From an uncultured Flavobacteriales bacterium (GTDB lineage: Bacteria > Bacteroidota > Bacteroidia > Flavobacteriales > Schleiferiaceae): a DNA stretch of 58,983 nucleotides. Both the position numbers and the translations under genes were made by a program. The notes under the pieces were generated by a model that had not been told where the DNA came from, ran no database searches, and saw only the letters and a list, made by a program, of their open reading frames with translations. Where the stretch lies: NCBI GenBank assembly GCA_963978445.1, contig CAXBRT010000001.1, positions 1 through 58,983 of the forward strand, read 5' to 3'. Shown piece after piece: positions 12,093-22,910 of this stretch (position 1 is the stretch's first letter; every line of letters begins with the position of its first letter).

Positions 12093-12209
12093 TTAACCTT
12101 GTCGTTGCTTCAACTTGGGATTCTTCTTGTTGATGATGTACAAGCGGCCCTTACGACGGACAATCTTGCAATCAGCGCTACGCTTTTTAAGTGATGCTCG
12201 AACTTTCAT
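12093..12209 (-). CDS. rpmJ: 50S ribosomal protein L36 (not in the ORF track, 38 aa)
   Basis: My translation of the minus strand gives [38 protein letters not shown]. It sits between infA and rpsM as expected. Confidence 0.95.
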   Translation of the reverse strand: MKVRASLKKRSADCKIVRRKGRLYIINKKNPKLKQRQG

Positions 12210-12231
12210 GGTGTGTTTCTAAACAAATCTT

Positions 12232-12447
12232 TTAATAACGGTAGGTAATGCGTGCCTTGGACAAATCATAAGGGCTCAATTCCAATTTCACACGATCGCC
12301 AGGAAGGAGCTTGATGTAGTGCATACGCATCTTGCCTGAGATGTGAGCGATAACCACGTGACCGTTTTCCAATTCAACGCGAAACATTGCGTTTGAAAGG
12401 TTTTCGGTGATGGTACCGTCTTGGGTAATTCCTCCTTGTTTGGCCAT
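12232..12447 (-). CDS. infA: Translation initiation factor IF-1
   Basis: [41 protein letters not shown]. The start at 12447 avoids overlap with the secY stop. Confidence 0.96.
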   Translation of the reverse strand: MAKQGGITQDGTITENLSNAMFRVELENGHVVIAHISGKMRMHYIKLLPGDRVKLELSPYDLSKARITYRY

Positions 12448-12448
12448 G

Positions 12449-13780
12449 TTAGAAGGCATTAGTTCGGCCAGACAAACGACCGCCGTCCATGAGACCGTCG
12501 TAGTGGCTGTTCAACAAATAGCTTTCTACCTGCATCAAGGTGTCTAAGACAACACCCACGATAATGAGCAGGGATGTTCCGCCGTAGAACTGGGCCCACT
12601 GCATATTCACTCCTGCTTTCATTGCCAGCGAAGGAAGAATAGCAATCAAAGCCAACAGAATAGCTCCAGGAAGCGTAATCTTCGCCAAAACATCATCAAT
12701 GTAGCTGCCCGTTGCCTCACCAGGTTTGATACCAGGGATGAAGCCGCCGTTGCGCTTGAGGTCATCGGCGATTTGGGTCGTATTGATTTGAATGGCCGTG
12801 TAGAAGTACGTGAAGACCAAAATCAATACAGCAAATACAAAGTTGTACCAGAAGCCTTGGATGTTTCCAAACACGTCCACCATCCACGTAGCACCCGCGC
12901 CCTGAAGGCCCGTGTACTGAACAACGGTCAAAGGAATGAACATCAATGCTTGAGCGAAGATGATCGGCATTACACCGGAGGCGTTCACGCGGATGGGCAA
13001 GTAGCTGCGACCGATGGTCTTGCTGCTTCCTCCAGCGACACGCTTGGCGTATTCCAAGGGGATTTGACGCACGGCCTGCGTGATCGCAATCGCGAACAAG
13101 AAGACTATGTAAATAGCAACTATTTCCAATAGGAACTTAATCCAGCCACCTCCAGCGGGGCTCAGCTGAGTGACAAGCTCTTGGAAGAAGGCTTGAGGCA
13201 AGGTGGCCACAATACCAATCATAATCAAGAGGGAGATACCGTTGCCGATGCCTTTCTCCGTGATGCGCTCACCGAGCCACATCGCGAAAATGGTTCCAGC
13301 GATGATTACCGTCCAAGCAGCGAACCAGAAGGTTCCCATAGGCAAGGTTACGGTTACCCCTTGCATGAGCAAGTTGGTGATGTATCCTGGAGCCTGTGCT
13401 GCCACAATCAAGATAGTGAGGTAGCGCGTGATTTGGTTCAATTTGCGACGTCCTGACTCTCCTTCCTTCTGCATCTTTTGGATGCTAGGAACGGCCAAAC
13501 CTGCCAACTGAATGACGATTGACGCGGAGATGTACGGCATGATACCCAATGCCAAGACAGATGCGTTGGCAAATGCACCGCCTGAGAAGGCGTTGATCAA
13601 ACCAACCAAACCTTCAGAGGCTTGGTTCTGGAGCTGACCAAGTGAGCTAGGATCGATACCAGGAAGGACCACATTCGAACCCAAACGGTACACCAAGAGC
13701 AAACCAGCCGTAACGAGAAGCTTCTCGCGCAGCTCGGTAATCGCCCAGATGTTTTTAAGAGTTTGGATAAAACGATTCAT
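12449..13780 (-). CDS. secY: Preprotein translocase subunit SecY
   Basis: 443 aa polytopic membrane protein. Contains [17 protein letters not shown] and occupies the conserved position after rplO. Confidence 0.97.
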   Translation of the reverse strand: MNRFIQTLKNIWAITELREKLLVTAGLLLVYRLGSNVVLPGIDPSSLGQLQNQASEGLVGLINAFSGGAFANASVLALGIMPYISASIVIQLAGLAVPSIQKMQKEGESGRRKLNQITRYLTILIVAAQAPGYITNLLMQGVTVTLPMGTFWFAAWTVIIAGTIFAMWLGERITEKGIGNGISLLIMIGIVATLPQAFFQELVTQLSPAGGGWIKFLLEIVAIYIVFLFAIAITQAVRQIPLEYAKRVAGGSSKTIGRSYLPIRVNASGVMPIIFAQALMFIPLTVVQYTGLQGAGATWMVDVFGNIQGFWYNFVFAVLILVFTYFYTAIQINTTQIADDLKRNGGFIPGIKPGEATGSYIDDVLAKITLPGAILLALIAILPSLAMKAGVNMQWAQFYGGTSLLIIVGVVLDTLMQVESYLLNSHYDGLMDGGRLSGRTNAF

Positions 13781-13789
13781 GGTCTATGC

Positions 13790-14236
13790 TTACAGAGTTT
13801 CAACAGAACCACCCGCTGCTTCGATTGCGGCCGTAGCAGAGGCGCTGAATTTGTGTGCAGACACTTTCAAGGAAGCCGTCAGGGTGCCACGACCCAAAAC
13901 TTTTACCAGATCATGCTTACCGGCCAAGCCATTTTGCATGAGCGTCTCCAAATTGATTTCTTTAACCTGCTTTTCGTCCGCCAAAAGTTGGAGAACGTCC
14001 AAGTTGATCGCGCGGAATTCCACACGGTTCGGGTTTTTGAAACCGAACTTGGGTACACGACGCTGAAGGGGCATCTGGCCACCTTCAAAACCGATCTTCT
14101 TGCTGTAGCCAGAGCGAGACTTCTGTCCCTTGTGACCGCGTCCTGCGGTACCAGCTGCACCACTACCCTCACCGCGACCTAGGCGCTTCTTGGTGAACGT
14201 AGAACCCGCTGCGGGCTTGATATTATGAAGTGACAT
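13790..14236 (-). CDS. rplO: 50S ribosomal protein L15
   Basis: [22 protein letters not shown]. Confidence 0.97.
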   Translation of the reverse strand: MSLHNIKPAAGSTFTKKRLGRGEGSGAAGTAGRGHKGQKSRSGYSKKIGFEGGQMPLQRRVPKFGFKNPNRVEFRAINLDVLQLLADEKQVKEINLETLMQNGLAGKHDLVKVLGRGTLTASLKVSAHKFSASATAAIEAAGGSVETL

Positions 14237-14245
14237 ATCTATGCG

Positions 14246-14428
14246 TTATTTAACTTCTTCAACATTCACGAGGTGGCTCACAGTACGAACCATACCAGCG
14301 ATTGCGGGGGTATTCTCGTGTTCAACACTTTGATTCATCTTACGCAGACCCAAAGCAACCATGGTTGCGCGCTGATTGGGAGGGCGGTTGATGACGCTGC
14401 GAACTTGGGTAATCTTAATACGTGCCAT
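14246..14428 (-). CDS. rpmD: 50S ribosomal protein L30
   Basis: [30 protein letters not shown]. This is the 60-aa C-terminal part of the 143-aa track ORF; the rest overlaps rpsE. Confidence 0.93.
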   Translation of the reverse strand: MARIKITQVRSVINRPPNQRATMVALGLRKMNQSVEHENTPAIAGMVRTVSHLVNVEEVK

Positions 14429-14438
14429 GATCGATATA

Positions 14439-14957
14439 TCAGCCGTTAAACACTTTAGAAACTTCAACGCCACGTGTGCGAGCCACTTGCTTGGCGTCGC
14501 GCATTTGGTGCAAGGCCATAAACGTAGCTTTAACCAGGTTGTGGGGATTGGAAGAACCCTTGGACTTAGCCAATACGTCGTGGACACCAACGCTCTCCAA
14601 CACGTGACGCATAGCGCCTCCCGCGATGACACCGGTACCTGAAGAGGCAGGGCGCAAGAATACACGTGCACCACCAAACTTGTATTCCTGCTCGTGAGGG
14701 ATCGTGCCCTTCACGACGGGGAAACGGTACAAGTTCTTCTTCGCATCTTCGATACCCTTGGTAACTGCTTCAGAAACTTCCTTGCTCTTGCCCAAGCCGT
14801 AGCCGCCGATGCCATGCTCGTCACCCACTACCACGATGGCGGTGAAACCGAACGCACGACCACCTTTGGTCACTTTGGTTACGCGCTGGACCCCTACAAG
14901 GCGATCCACCAACTCCAAGCCACTGGGCTTAACTTTCTTTGCGGTAATCTCTTTCAT
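14439..14957 (-). CDS. rpsE: 30S ribosomal protein S5
   Basis: [31 protein letters not shown]. Confidence 0.98.
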   Translation of the reverse strand: MKEITAKKVKPSGLELVDRLVGVQRVTKVTKGGRAFGFTAIVVVGDEHGIGGYGLGKSKEVSEAVTKGIEDAKKNLYRFPVVKGTIPHEQEYKFGGARVFLRPASSGTGVIAGGAMRHVLESVGVHDVLAKSKGSSNPHNLVKATFMALHQMRDAKQVARTRGVEVSKVFNG

Positions 14958-14963
14958 CTCTAT

Positions 14964-15320
14964 TTAGAATTTCAGTCCGCCTTCGCGAGCGCCTTCAGCC
15001 AAAGCCTTGACACGTCCGTGGTACAAGAAACCACCGCGGTCAAATGCTACAGTGTCGATACCCTTTGCCAGAGCGATTTCTGCAATTTTCTTTCCTACAT
15101 GAGCGGCCTTTTCGGTTTTGTTACCGGACAAGCCTTCGCCCTTCTTAACCAATGAAGAGGCCGTTCCTAAGGTGGTGCCGTTCTCGTCATTAATCAATTG
15201 AGCATAAATCTCCTTGCTGCTGCGGAATACTGCCAAACGAGGGCATGCTGCAGTGCCTTGAACAACCTTGCGGATGCGCATGTGGATACGGTCTCTACGA
15301 GTGATATTTTTCGTTGCCAT
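14964..15320 (-). CDS. rplR: 50S ribosomal protein L18
   Basis: [16 protein letters not shown] and [24 protein letters not shown]. Confidence 0.97.
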   Translation of the reverse strand: MATKNITRRDRIHMRIRKVVQGTAACPRLAVFRSSKEIYAQLINDENGTTLGTASSLVKKGEGLSGNKTEKAAHVGKKIAEIALAKGIDTVAFDRGGFLYHGRVKALAEGAREGGLKF

Positions 15321-15326
15321 ACTTCC

Positions 15327-15881
15327 TTACTTTTTACCGCCTGATTTACCAGCTTTCTTGCGAACGATCTCACCCACGTAGCGAACACCTTTTCCTTTGT
15401 AAGGCTCAGGCTTGCGCATAGCACGGATTTTAGAAGCGATCATTCCCACCAATTGCTTGTCATGAGACGTCAATTCGATAACAGGGTTCTTACCTTTTTC
15501 ACTGATGGTGTTCACCTTCACCTCCGAAGGCAACTGGAACATTACGTTGTGCGAGAAGCCCAAAGACAGATCCAATACTTGACCTGCATGGCTTGCACGG
15601 AAACCAACGCCCACCAGCTCCAAACGCTTAGTGAAACCTTCCGAAACACCAACCACCATGTTGTTGATCAACGCACGGTACAAACCGTGTGCTGCGCGGT
15701 GGCTCTTTGAGTCAGAAGGACGAGTAACCGTCAATACATTCTCCTCGATGGTTACGCCGATCTCAGAAGAAATCACTTGTGAAAGTGTACCCTTAGATCC
15801 TTTAACAGTAACCACGTCATTCTCCACGGTGACAGTAACACCGGCGGGAATTGTGATGGGGGATTTACCAATACGTGACAT
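15327..15881 (-). CDS. rplF: 50S ribosomal protein L6
   Basis: MSRIGKSPI start and PEPYKGKGVRY. Confidence 0.97.
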   Translation of the reverse strand: MSRIGKSPITIPAGVTVTVENDVVTVKGSKGTLSQVISSEIGVTIEENVLTVTRPSDSKSHRAAHGLYRALINNMVVGVSEGFTKRLELVGVGFRASHAGQVLDLSLGFSHNVMFQLPSEVKVNTISEKGKNPVIELTSHDKQLVGMIASKIRAMRKPEPYKGKGVRYVGEIVRKKAGKSGGKK

Positions 15882-15891
15882 GTCTGTCTGT

Positions 15892-16290
15892 TTAGTATAC
15901 GTAGCAGATTACTTCACCACCAATGTTCTTGGAACGAGCGTCTTTGTCCGTCATCATACCCTGAGAGGTGCTGATGAAAGCGACACCCAAACCGTTCTTT
16001 ACACGGGGTAGCGTAGTTGCTGATTTATAATTGCGCAAACCGGGACGTGAGGCACGATCGATGCCGCGGATAACGGGGCGCTTGGATGATTTTTCGTACT
16101 TCAAAGCCACCTTCAACGTGCCCTGGGGGCCGTCCTGGTCAACTTTGTAGCTGGCGATATAGCCTTGCTCTTGCAAAAGACGAGCGATTTCCACCTTCAT
16201 GTTGCTAGAAGGAACCTCTACGACCGCGTGGCCAGCCTTAGCGCCGTTGCGGATGCGAGTCAAGAAATCTGCGATGGGATCGGTATACAT
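15892..16290 (-). CDS. rpsH: 30S ribosomal protein S8
   Basis: TDPIADFLTRIRNG and GGEVICYVY. Confidence 0.98.
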   Translation of the reverse strand: MYTDPIADFLTRIRNGAKAGHAVVEVPSSNMKVEIARLLQEQGYIASYKVDQDGPQGTLKVALKYEKSSKRPVIRGIDRASRPGLRNYKSATTLPRVKNGLGVAFISTSQGMMTDKDARSKNIGGEVICYVY

Positions 16291-16310
16291 GTTCTATACA
16301 ATTCAGTAGG

Positions 16311-16580
16311 TTACCAGCTGCTCTTCTTAACGCCTGGAATCATTCCATTCAAAGCCATTTCACGGAACGTTACTCGAGAGATGCCGAATTGACGCATGTA
16401 GCCACGTGGACGACCGGTCACTTTGCAACGGTTGTGCAAGCGTACAGGAGATGCATTCTTGGGCAACTTCTGGAGGGCTTCATAGTCACCAGCTTCTTTC
16501 AGAGCCTCACGCTTCGCAGCGTACTTGGCTACCAGAGCTTCGCGTTTGCGCTCACGCGCTTTCATTGATTCTTTTGCCAT
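16311..16580 (-). CDS. rpsN: 30S ribosomal protein S14 (long, non-zinc form)
   Basis: [12 protein letters not shown] start and [19 protein letters not shown], with no CxxC pairs. Confidence 0.96.
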   Translation of the reverse strand: MAKESMKARERKREALVAKYAAKREALKEAGDYEALQKLPKNASPVRLHNRCKVTGRPRGYMRQFGISRVTFREMALNGMIPGVKKSSW

Positions 16581-16585
16581 GTCTC

Positions 16586-17125
16586 TTACTTTTTGAAGGG
16601 CATTCCGAATGCGGCGAGAAGTGCTTTACACTCCTTGTCGGTGTTGGCGCTCGTCACAAACGTGATGTCCATACCGGCAATGCGATTTACTTTATCGATT
16701 TCGATCTCTGGGAAGATGATCTGCTCGGTGATACCCATGGTGTAGTTACCACGGCCATCAAATCCTTCCTTCACACCCTGAAAATCTCGGATACGGGGAA
16801 GTGCAGACACCAACAAACGCTCCAAGAAGTCGTACATGCGCTCACCACGAAGGGTAACACGTGCCCCAACGGGCATGCCTTTACGCAACTTGAAGTTTGA
16901 GATATCTTTCTTTGACTTGGTAGCTACCGCGCGCTGACCAGCGATAATGGTCATCTCCTCAACCGCATTGTCTACCAATTTCTTGTCAGCTACAGCTGCA
17001 CCAATACCTTGGCTCAATACGATTTTCTGCAGGCGTGGAACTTGCAAATCGTTCGTGTACGCAAACTGCTCCTTCAAAGTAGGAACCACTTTGCTGTGAA
17101 AATCAGTCTTCAGTTTTGGTTCCAT
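16586..17125 (-). CDS. rplE: 50S ribosomal protein L5
   Basis: [19 protein letters not shown]. Conserved position. Confidence 0.97.
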   Translation of the reverse strand: MEPKLKTDFHSKVVPTLKEQFAYTNDLQVPRLQKIVLSQGIGAAVADKKLVDNAVEEMTIIAGQRAVATKSKKDISNFKLRKGMPVGARVTLRGERMYDFLERLLVSALPRIRDFQGVKEGFDGRGNYTMGITEQIIFPEIEIDKVNRIAGMDITFVTSANTDKECKALLAAFGMPFKK

Positions 17126-17445
17126 TACTTCGTGAGGGGTTTGCCAGATTTAACAGAAACGCGAACCGCTTGTCCATTCTCGTTACGCTCGATGCGTGTA
17201 CGAGTGGGCGTGCCAGCAGCGTCCATAACCATCAGGTTTGAAACGTGCACAGGGGCTTCCATGGACTCAATGCCCCCTTGGGGATTGCTCGCGGAAGGCT
17301 TGAGATGCTTGGTGATCATGTTGATGCCCTCAACAACAGCGCGCTGTTGCTTGGGGATCATGCGCACGACGCGACCGGACTTGCCCTTTTCGCGACCGGC
17401 GATGACCATCACCATATCACCTGTCTTAATGTGAAACTTTGCCAT
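17125..17445 (-). CDS. rplX: 50S ribosomal protein L24
   Basis: [26 protein letters not shown] contains the KOW motif. Start trimmed so it does not overlap rplN. Confidence 0.95.
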   Translation of the reverse strand: MAKFHIKTGDMVMVIAGREKGKSGRVVRMIPKQQRAVVEGINMITKHLKPSASNPQGGIESMEAPVHVSNLMVMDAAGTPTRTRIERNENGQAVRVSVKSGKPLTK

Positions 17446-17458
17446 TGTATTCTGATTC

Positions 17459-17827
17459 TTAAAGCACTTCAGGTGCCAAGGAAACAATCTTCATGTACTG
17501 CTTGTCGCGGAGCTCACGGGCAACGGGACCAAACACGCGGGTACCGCGCATTTCACCGTTGGCGTTCAACAACACACAAGCGTTATCGTCAAAACGGATG
17601 TACGAGCCATCTGGGCGACGAACTTCTTTCTTAGTACGAACGACTACGGCCTTGGAAACCGTGCCCTTCTTAGCGTTACCAGAAGGAGTAGCATCCTTGA
17701 TGGTCACCACAATCTTATCGCCTACAGAGGCGTAACGACGGCGAGTACCTCCCAAGACACGGATCACCAAAACTTCTTTGGCACCGGTATTGTCCGCAAC
17801 GCGGAGACGTGATTCTGTCTGTAACAT
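17459..17827 (-). CDS. rplN: 50S ribosomal protein L14
   Basis: [19 protein letters not shown]. Confidence 0.98.
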   Translation of the reverse strand: MLQTESRLRVADNTGAKEVLVIRVLGGTRRRYASVGDKIVVTIKDATPSGNAKKGTVSKAVVVRTKKEVRRPDGSYIRFDDNACVLLNANGEMRGTRVFGPVARELRDKQYMKIVSLAPEVL

Positions 17828-17829
17828 GA

Positions 17830-18090
17830 TTACTTAGCTCTTTCAATGATTTCGACCACGCGCCAAACCTTGGTTTTGCTCAAAGGGCGGGTTTCCATGA
17901 TGCGAACGGTATCGCCGTTGTTGCAATCGTTGGTCTCATCGTGTGCGTGGAACTTCTTAGAGAAGGTGATAAACTTGCCATACTTGGCGTGCTTCACGCG
18001 ACGAGCGACACTTACGGTGACCGTTTTGTCCATAGCCGAACTGGTGACTACACCAATTCGCTCTTTGCGGAGGTTGCGTTGATTTTCCAT
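17830..18090 (-). CDS. rpsQ: 30S ribosomal protein S17
   Basis: [22 protein letters not shown] and HDE.N....GD.V.I.E.RPLSK.K. Confidence 0.97.
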   Translation of the reverse strand: MENQRNLRKERIGVVTSSAMDKTVTVSVARRVKHAKYGKFITFSKKFHAHDETNDCNNGDTVRIMETRPLSKTKVWRVVEIIERAK

Positions 18091-18099
18091 CGACCTCTA

Positions 18100-18291
18100 T
18101 TATTTACCTTGACGGTTAGTGACTTCTGTGGACAAACGTGCCACAATCTTGCGAGTGGACTGGATGACCATAGGGTTATCCATAGGGCTGATACGGTGCT
18201 TGCGCTGCATATCGGCCAAATCTTTCTTGTGAGAAGACAATTGGTTCATCAACTCTTCTTGGCTCAAGCCTTGAATTTCTTTCATTTTCAT
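18100..18291 (-). CDS. rpmC: 50S ribosomal protein L29
   Basis: 63 aa with a typical L29 helical hairpin. It lies between rplP and rpsQ. Confidence 0.93.
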   Translation of the reverse strand: MKMKEIQGLSQEELMNQLSSHKKDLADMQRKHRISPMDNPMVIQSTRKIVARLSTEVTNRQGK

Positions 18292-18305
18292 GACTAATCC
18301 CCAGA

Positions 18306-18728
18306 TTAAGCGTTAACCAAATCACGACGGGTAACCAACTTGGTCTTGACCGGAAGCTTCTGAGCTGCCAAGCGCAATGCTTCTACAGCGATATCCTCGG
18401 GTACTCCATCGAGTTCAAACAACATGCGACCTGGGCGAATAACAGCTGCGTAGTATTCTACACCACCTTTACCCTTACCCATACGTACTTCCAAAGGCTT
18501 CTTGGTGATAGGCTTGTCTGGGAACACGCGAATCCACAACTGACCTTCACGCTTCATGTAACGCGTTGCAGCGATACGAGCAGCTTCGATCTGGCGGGCG
18601 GTCATCCAAACCTCTTCCAAGGATTTGATGCCATAGGATCCAAAGGCCAAGGTTGCGCCGCGCTGAGCGACACCCTTCATCTTGCCTTTGAAGGTCTTAC
18701 GGTACTTAGTTCTTTTCGGCTGTAACAT
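18306..18728 (-). CDS. rplP: 50S ribosomal protein L16
   Basis: [11 protein letters not shown] start and RMGKGKG. Confidence 0.98.
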   Translation of the reverse strand: MLQPKRTKYRKTFKGKMKGVAQRGATLAFGSYGIKSLEEVWMTARQIEAARIAATRYMKREGQLWIRVFPDKPITKKPLEVRMGKGKGGVEYYAAVIRPGRMLFELDGVPEDIAVEALRLAAQKLPVKTKLVTRRDLVNA

Positions 18729-18742
18729 GATCTATATCCGAA

Positions 18743-19486
18743 TTAAGCTTTGCGATTGTTAGGACGGCGACGAGCGGGTCCACGACCAGGAGCACCAGCA
18801 CCAGGACCGCCAGCTGCAACAGGTCGCTTAGAAGCACCCAATACATTTGTCAAGTCACGCTTGCCATATACTTCGCCTTTCATGATCCATACTTTGATAC
18901 CGATACGGCCATAGGTCGTATGCGCTTCAGCGATATGGTAATCGATGTCCGCACGGAAAGTGTGCAAAGGCGTACGGCCTTCCTTGAACTTCTCAGAACG
19001 TGCGATTTCAGCACCGTTCAAACGACCGCTCAATTGAACCTTGATACCTTCAGCACCCATGCGCATGGTTGAGCCCATGGACATCTTAACAGCGCGACGG
19101 AATGAAATACGGCCTTCGATCTGGCGAGCGATAGAGTCAGCTACCAATTTGGCATCCAACTCAGGGCGCTTGATCTCGTGGATGTTGATTTGAACATCCT
19201 TTTTGGTCAACTTCTTCAATTCTTCGCGCAGCTTGTCCACCTCTGTTCCGCCTTTGCCGATGATCACACCAGGACGAGCCGTAGCGATAGTCACCGTCAC
19301 CAACTTAAGCGTACGCTCAATGATGATGCGAGAAACGTTGGCACGAGACAAACGTGCATACAAGTACTTGCGGATCGCTGCATCTTCAGCGATTTTGTCA
19401 CCGTAGTTACGGCCACCGTACCACTGAGAGTCCCAACCGCGGATGAAACCAAGGCGATTGCCGATAGGATTTGCTTTTTGTCCCAT
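18743..19486 (-). CDS. rpsC: 30S ribosomal protein S3
   Basis: [13 protein letters not shown] start, KH domain and a G/P/R-rich tail. Confidence 0.98.
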   Translation of the reverse strand: MGQKANPIGNRLGFIRGWDSQWYGGRNYGDKIAEDAAIRKYLYARLSRANVSRIIIERTLKLVTVTIATARPGVIIGKGGTEVDKLREELKKLTKKDVQINIHEIKRPELDAKLVADSIARQIEGRISFRRAVKMSMGSTMRMGAEGIKVQLSGRLNGAEIARSEKFKEGRTPLHTFRADIDYHIAEAHTTYGRIGIKVWIMKGEVYGKRDLTNVLGASKRPVAAGGPGAGAPGRGPARRRPNNRKA

Positions 19487-19917
19487 TATTTAGCTTCGTT
19501 TACGTCGGTTACTACAGGAGCTTCGTTGGCAGCGCCTACCACGATGGTTACGTGATTAGAACGCTTGCGTACACGGTGTGCACGACCTTGGGGGGCTGGT
19601 TGAACGCGCTTGAGCATTCGGCCACCGTCTACAGAGATAGACTGCACCACTAAATTGGCTTCGTCCATAGAAACGCCTTCGTTCTTGGCTTGCCAGTTGC
19701 TCAACGCAGACAACAAAAGCTTCTCCAAACGGATGCTCGCTTCTTTGCCGCTGTGCTTCAATACATACAAGGCTTTTGCTACCTCCATGCCGCGAACCAT
19801 GTCCGCAACCAAGCGCATTTTGCGAGGAGAAGTGGGGCAGTTATTCAACTTAGCCATAGCCACGCTCTTGCGGGCTTCTTTCATGGCTTCTGCCGAGGAG
19901 TGTTTACGATTTCCCAT
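19486..19917 (-). CDS. rplV: 50S ribosomal protein L22
   Basis: [14 protein letters not shown] and [17 protein letters not shown]. Confidence 0.97.
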   Translation of the reverse strand: MGNRKHSSAEAMKEARKSVAMAKLNNCPTSPRKMRLVADMVRGMEVAKALYVLKHSGKEASIRLEKLLLSALSNWQAKNEGVSMDEANLVVQSISVDGGRMLKRVQPAPQGRAHRVRKRSNHVTIVVGAANEAPVVTDVNEAK

Positions 19918-19923
19918 GGCCTA

Positions 19924-20202
19924 TTAACGTTTGCCCTTGTCTTTCTTACCAGCGTGACCACGGAAGGTGCGCGTAGGAGCGAATTCGCCCAACTTGTGTC
20001 CTACCATGTTCTCGGTAACGAATACAGGGATGAAAGTTTTACCGTTGTGTACTGCAATGGTTTGTCCCACGAAGTCGGGGCTGATCATAGAGGCGCGAGA
20101 CCAAGTCTTAACAACCGTCTTCTTGCCTGATTCTACGTTGTCCATGACACGCTTCTCAAGCTTGAAATGGATGTAGGGTCCTTTTTTTAGTGAACGTGCC
20201 AT
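19924..20202 (-). CDS. rpsS: 30S ribosomal protein S19
   Basis: [10 protein letters not shown] start and [15 protein letters not shown]. Confidence 0.98.
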   Translation of the reverse strand: MARSLKKGPYIHFKLEKRVMDNVESGKKTVVKTWSRASMISPDFVGQTIAVHNGKTFIPVFVTENMVGHKLGEFAPTRTFRGHAGKKDKGKR

Positions 20203-20205
20203 TGC

Positions 20206-21027
20206 TTACTTACGTTTTTCAATGATGTAACGGTTGCTCGCTTTCTTCGGCGTGCGCGTCTTGTAGCCCTTCGCAGGGATACCCTTGCGTGAACGTGGGT
20301 GACCACCAGATGAACGGCCTTCACCACCACCCATGGGGTGATCGACAGGGTTCATGGCAACACCACGAGTGCGAGGACGACGGCCCAACCAACGGCTGCG
20401 ACCTGCCTTACCACTTTCAATTTGCTGGTGATCGCTGTTAGAAACAACGCCCACCGTAGCCAAACACTCTACCAAGATCATACGGGTTTCACCTGAAGGC
20501 ATTTTCAACGTGGCATACTTGCCATCGCGCGCTGCCAACTGAGCGAAAGCACCCGCACTACGTGCAATGATGCCACCCTGACCAGGACGGAGTTCAATGT
20601 TGTGGATGATGGTACCCAAGGGAAGTTCAGACAACTTCAAGGTGTTACCCAGCTCAGGAGCTGAACCCGCACCAGAAACGATGGTTTGACCCACCTTCAA
20701 GCCATTGGGCGCAATGATGTAACGCTTTTCTCCATCCGCATACACCACCAAAGCGATAAATGCAGAACGGTTGGGATCGTATTCAATGGTCTTAACCGTT
20801 GCGGGGATGCCAAACTTCTCACGCTTGAAATCCACAACACGGTAGCGCTGCTTAGCACCGCCACCGATGTAACGCATGGTCATCTTACCTGAGTTGTTAC
20901 GACCGCCAGAACGCTTCTTTGAAACCGTCAAAGATTTCTCGGGAGCGGTAGCCGTGATCGCCGCAAAGTCATTCACTGAGCGAAAACGCTGCCCAGGAGT
21001 GATTGCTTTTAGTTTACGTACAGCCAT
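20206..21027 (-). CDS. rplB: 50S ribosomal protein L2
   Basis: [14 protein letters not shown] start and [20 protein letters not shown]. Confidence 0.98.
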   Translation of the reverse strand: MAVRKLKAITPGQRFRSVNDFAAITATAPEKSLTVSKKRSGGRNNSGKMTMRYIGGGAKQRYRVVDFKREKFGIPATVKTIEYDPNRSAFIALVVYADGEKRYIIAPNGLKVGQTIVSGAGSAPELGNTLKLSELPLGTIIHNIELRPGQGGIIARSAGAFAQLAARDGKYATLKMPSGETRMILVECLATVGVVSNSDHQQIESGKAGRSRWLGRRPRTRGVAMNPVDHPMGGGEGRSSGGHPRSRKGIPAKGYKTRTPKKASNRYIIEKRK

Positions 21028-21032
21028 GATTC

Positions 21033-21326
21033 TTAGAGATTACCGTAGATGTCGATGGATTCACCAGAACGTACATCAATGATGGCCTTCTTGAATGAAG
21101 ACTTCTTGCCCTCCAACATACCCGCCTTGGTGTAACGCACAATGTGCTTGGCAGGAACGATGATGGTGCGAACGCTTTCCACGTTCACGTTGTACGCAGC
21201 CTCTACGGCCTTTTTAATTTCAACCTTATTGGCCTTTTTATCTACGACGAAGGTGTAGCGATTCCGCCCCTCAGCCTCAGCTGAAGCCTTCTCCGTGATC
21301 ACCGGGCGAATGAGAATGCTTTCCAT
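21033..21326 (-). CDS. rplW: 50S ribosomal protein L23
   Basis: [10 protein letters not shown]...[19 protein letters not shown]. Confidence 0.96.
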   Translation of the reverse strand: MESILIRPVITEKASAEAEGRNRYTFVVDKKANKVEIKKAVEAAYNVNVESVRTIIVPAKHIVRYTKAGMLEGKKSSFKKAIIDVRSGESIDIYGNL

Positions 21327-21958
21327 TATTTCGTAGTTAATGCCGTTTGAATTTTCTCAATTGACCCCTCTGTCAAGACCAAAGTGCCACCGTTCAAAAT
21401 TGCGTAAGTGCTTAATTCAGAAGCGGTTACCACATTTGACCCCTCAAAATTGCGGGAGGACAAATATACGTTTTTATCCTGCTCAGCCAACACTACTGTA
21501 GATTTCTTTCCGTTCAGACCCAGAGCGTTCAGCACTTGGCTGTAGGCCTTGGTCTTGGGAGCATCCATAGTAAGTGCCTCGAGGACAATAACTTGATTCT
21601 CTTTTACAAGCGTAGAGAAGGCGGATTTACGCGCCAAATTCTTTAGCTTTTTATTGAGTTTGAAGCCGTACTCGTGGGGAACGGGGCCGAATACACGACC
21701 ACCACCGCGGTATAAGGGAGACTTCATGCTACCATGACGAGCGCCACCCGTACCTTTTTGACGGTGCAGCTTCTTCGTGGTGCGAGCAATTTCTGCACGT
21801 TGCTTAGCCTTGTGCGTTCCCTGGCGCTGGTTGGCCAAGTATTGCTTCACGTCCAAGTACATGGCATGCTCGTTGGGCTCGATGCCGAAAACGTCATCGC
21901 TCAAGATCGCCTTGCGACCTGTGTCCTTGCCCTCTAGGTTAATAATGTTCAATTCCAT
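21326..21958 (-). CDS. rplD: 50S ribosomal protein L4
   Basis: RQKGTGGARHGS..SPLYRGGG..FGP. Confidence 0.97.
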   Translation of the reverse strand: MELNIINLEGKDTGRKAILSDDVFGIEPNEHAMYLDVKQYLANQRQGTHKAKQRAEIARTTKKLHRQKGTGGARHGSMKSPLYRGGGRVFGPVPHEYGFKLNKKLKNLARKSAFSTLVKENQVIVLEALTMDAPKTKAYSQVLNALGLNGKKSTVVLAEQDKNVYLSSRNFEGSNVVTASELSTYAILNGGTLVLTEGSIEKIQTALTTK

Positions 21959-22572
21959 TATTTCTCCACAATTACGAGTGACTGCTTGGCGCCGGGGACA
22001 GAGCCCTTAACGACGAGCAAGTTCTGCTCAGTATCAACTTTCAAAACGAGGAGGTTTTGGATCTTCACACGCTCAGCGCCCATACGGCCACCCATACGAG
22101 TGCCCTTGAATACACGTGAGGGATCTGAACCAGCACCGATAGAACCTGGTGCGCGAAGGCGGTTGTGCTGACCGTGAGTGCTTTGTCCAACACCACCAAA
22201 ACCGTGGCGGCGAACAACACCTTGGAAGCCTTTACCCTTCGTGGTTCCTGCGATATCTACATATTCGCCTTCTTCGAACATGTCAACGGTCAAAACGTCA
22301 CCGAGCTTAACAGCGTCAGCATCGAAGTCTTTGAACTCGACATACTTCTTTTTAGCGGTAGTGTTCGCATTCTTGGCGTGGCCGGCGGCAGCTTGTACGG
22401 GATTTTTTTGATCTCCGTAACCGATCTGCACGGCTGCGTAACCATCGACATCTTCTGTTTTGACCTGAGTCACCACACAGGGACCCAACTCGATGACCGT
22501 ACACGGCTGGTTCTTACCATCCGCGTCGAAGATGCTGGTCATTCCGATTTTCTTGCCAATTAATCCAGGCAT
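21958..22572 (-). CDS. rplC: 50S ribosomal protein L3
   Basis: [15 protein letters not shown] start and [14 protein letters not shown]. Confidence 0.98.
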   Translation of the reverse strand: MPGLIGKKIGMTSIFDADGKNQPCTVIELGPCVVTQVKTEDVDGYAAVQIGYGDQKNPVQAAAGHAKNANTTAKKKYVEFKDFDADAVKLGDVLTVDMFEEGEYVDIAGTTKGKGFQGVVRRHGFGGVGQSTHGQHNRLRAPGSIGAGSDPSRVFKGTRMGGRMGAERVKIQNLLVLKVDTEQNLLVVKGSVPGAKQSLVIVEK

Positions 22573-22590
22573 GATTTCAAAAGGAATTGA

Positions 22591-22896
22591 TTAAACTTTG
22601 ATTTCTACTTCAACCCCACTTGGCAACTCCAACTTCATCAAAGCATCGATAGTCTTGCTAGATGAAGAGTAGATGTCCAACAAGCGCTTGTAGCTAGACA
22701 GCTCAAACTGCTCACGGGCTTTCTTGTTTACGTGAGGTGAACGCAACACCGTGTAGATGCGCTTGTTCGTGGGAAGGGGGATGGGACCGTTAACAACAGC
22801 ACCCGTGCTCTTCACCGTTTTCACGATTTTCTCAGCACTCTTGTCTACGAGCATGTGGTCGTAAGACTTGAGTTTAATGCGAATTTTCTGGCTCAT
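22591..22896 (-). CDS. rpsJ: 30S ribosomal protein S10
   Basis: [12 protein letters not shown] and [13 protein letters not shown]. Confidence 0.98.
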   Translation of the reverse strand: MSQKIRIKLKSYDHMLVDKSAEKIVKTVKSTGAVVNGPIPLPTNKRIYTVLRSPHVNKKAREQFELSSYKRLLDIYSSSSKTIDALMKLELPSGVEVEIKV

Positions 22897-22910
22897 AACT
22901 TGAAAAAGAC

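Noticed and set aside
14429-14677. The long form (143 aa) of the ORF containing L30. The 5'-extended ORFs for rplX, the OM barrel (54779..54988) and the CorC gene (51200..51388) are analogous.
   Set aside because: The extensions overlap the preceding conserved genes and are not conserved-looking. In each case an internal Met gives the canonical N-terminus.
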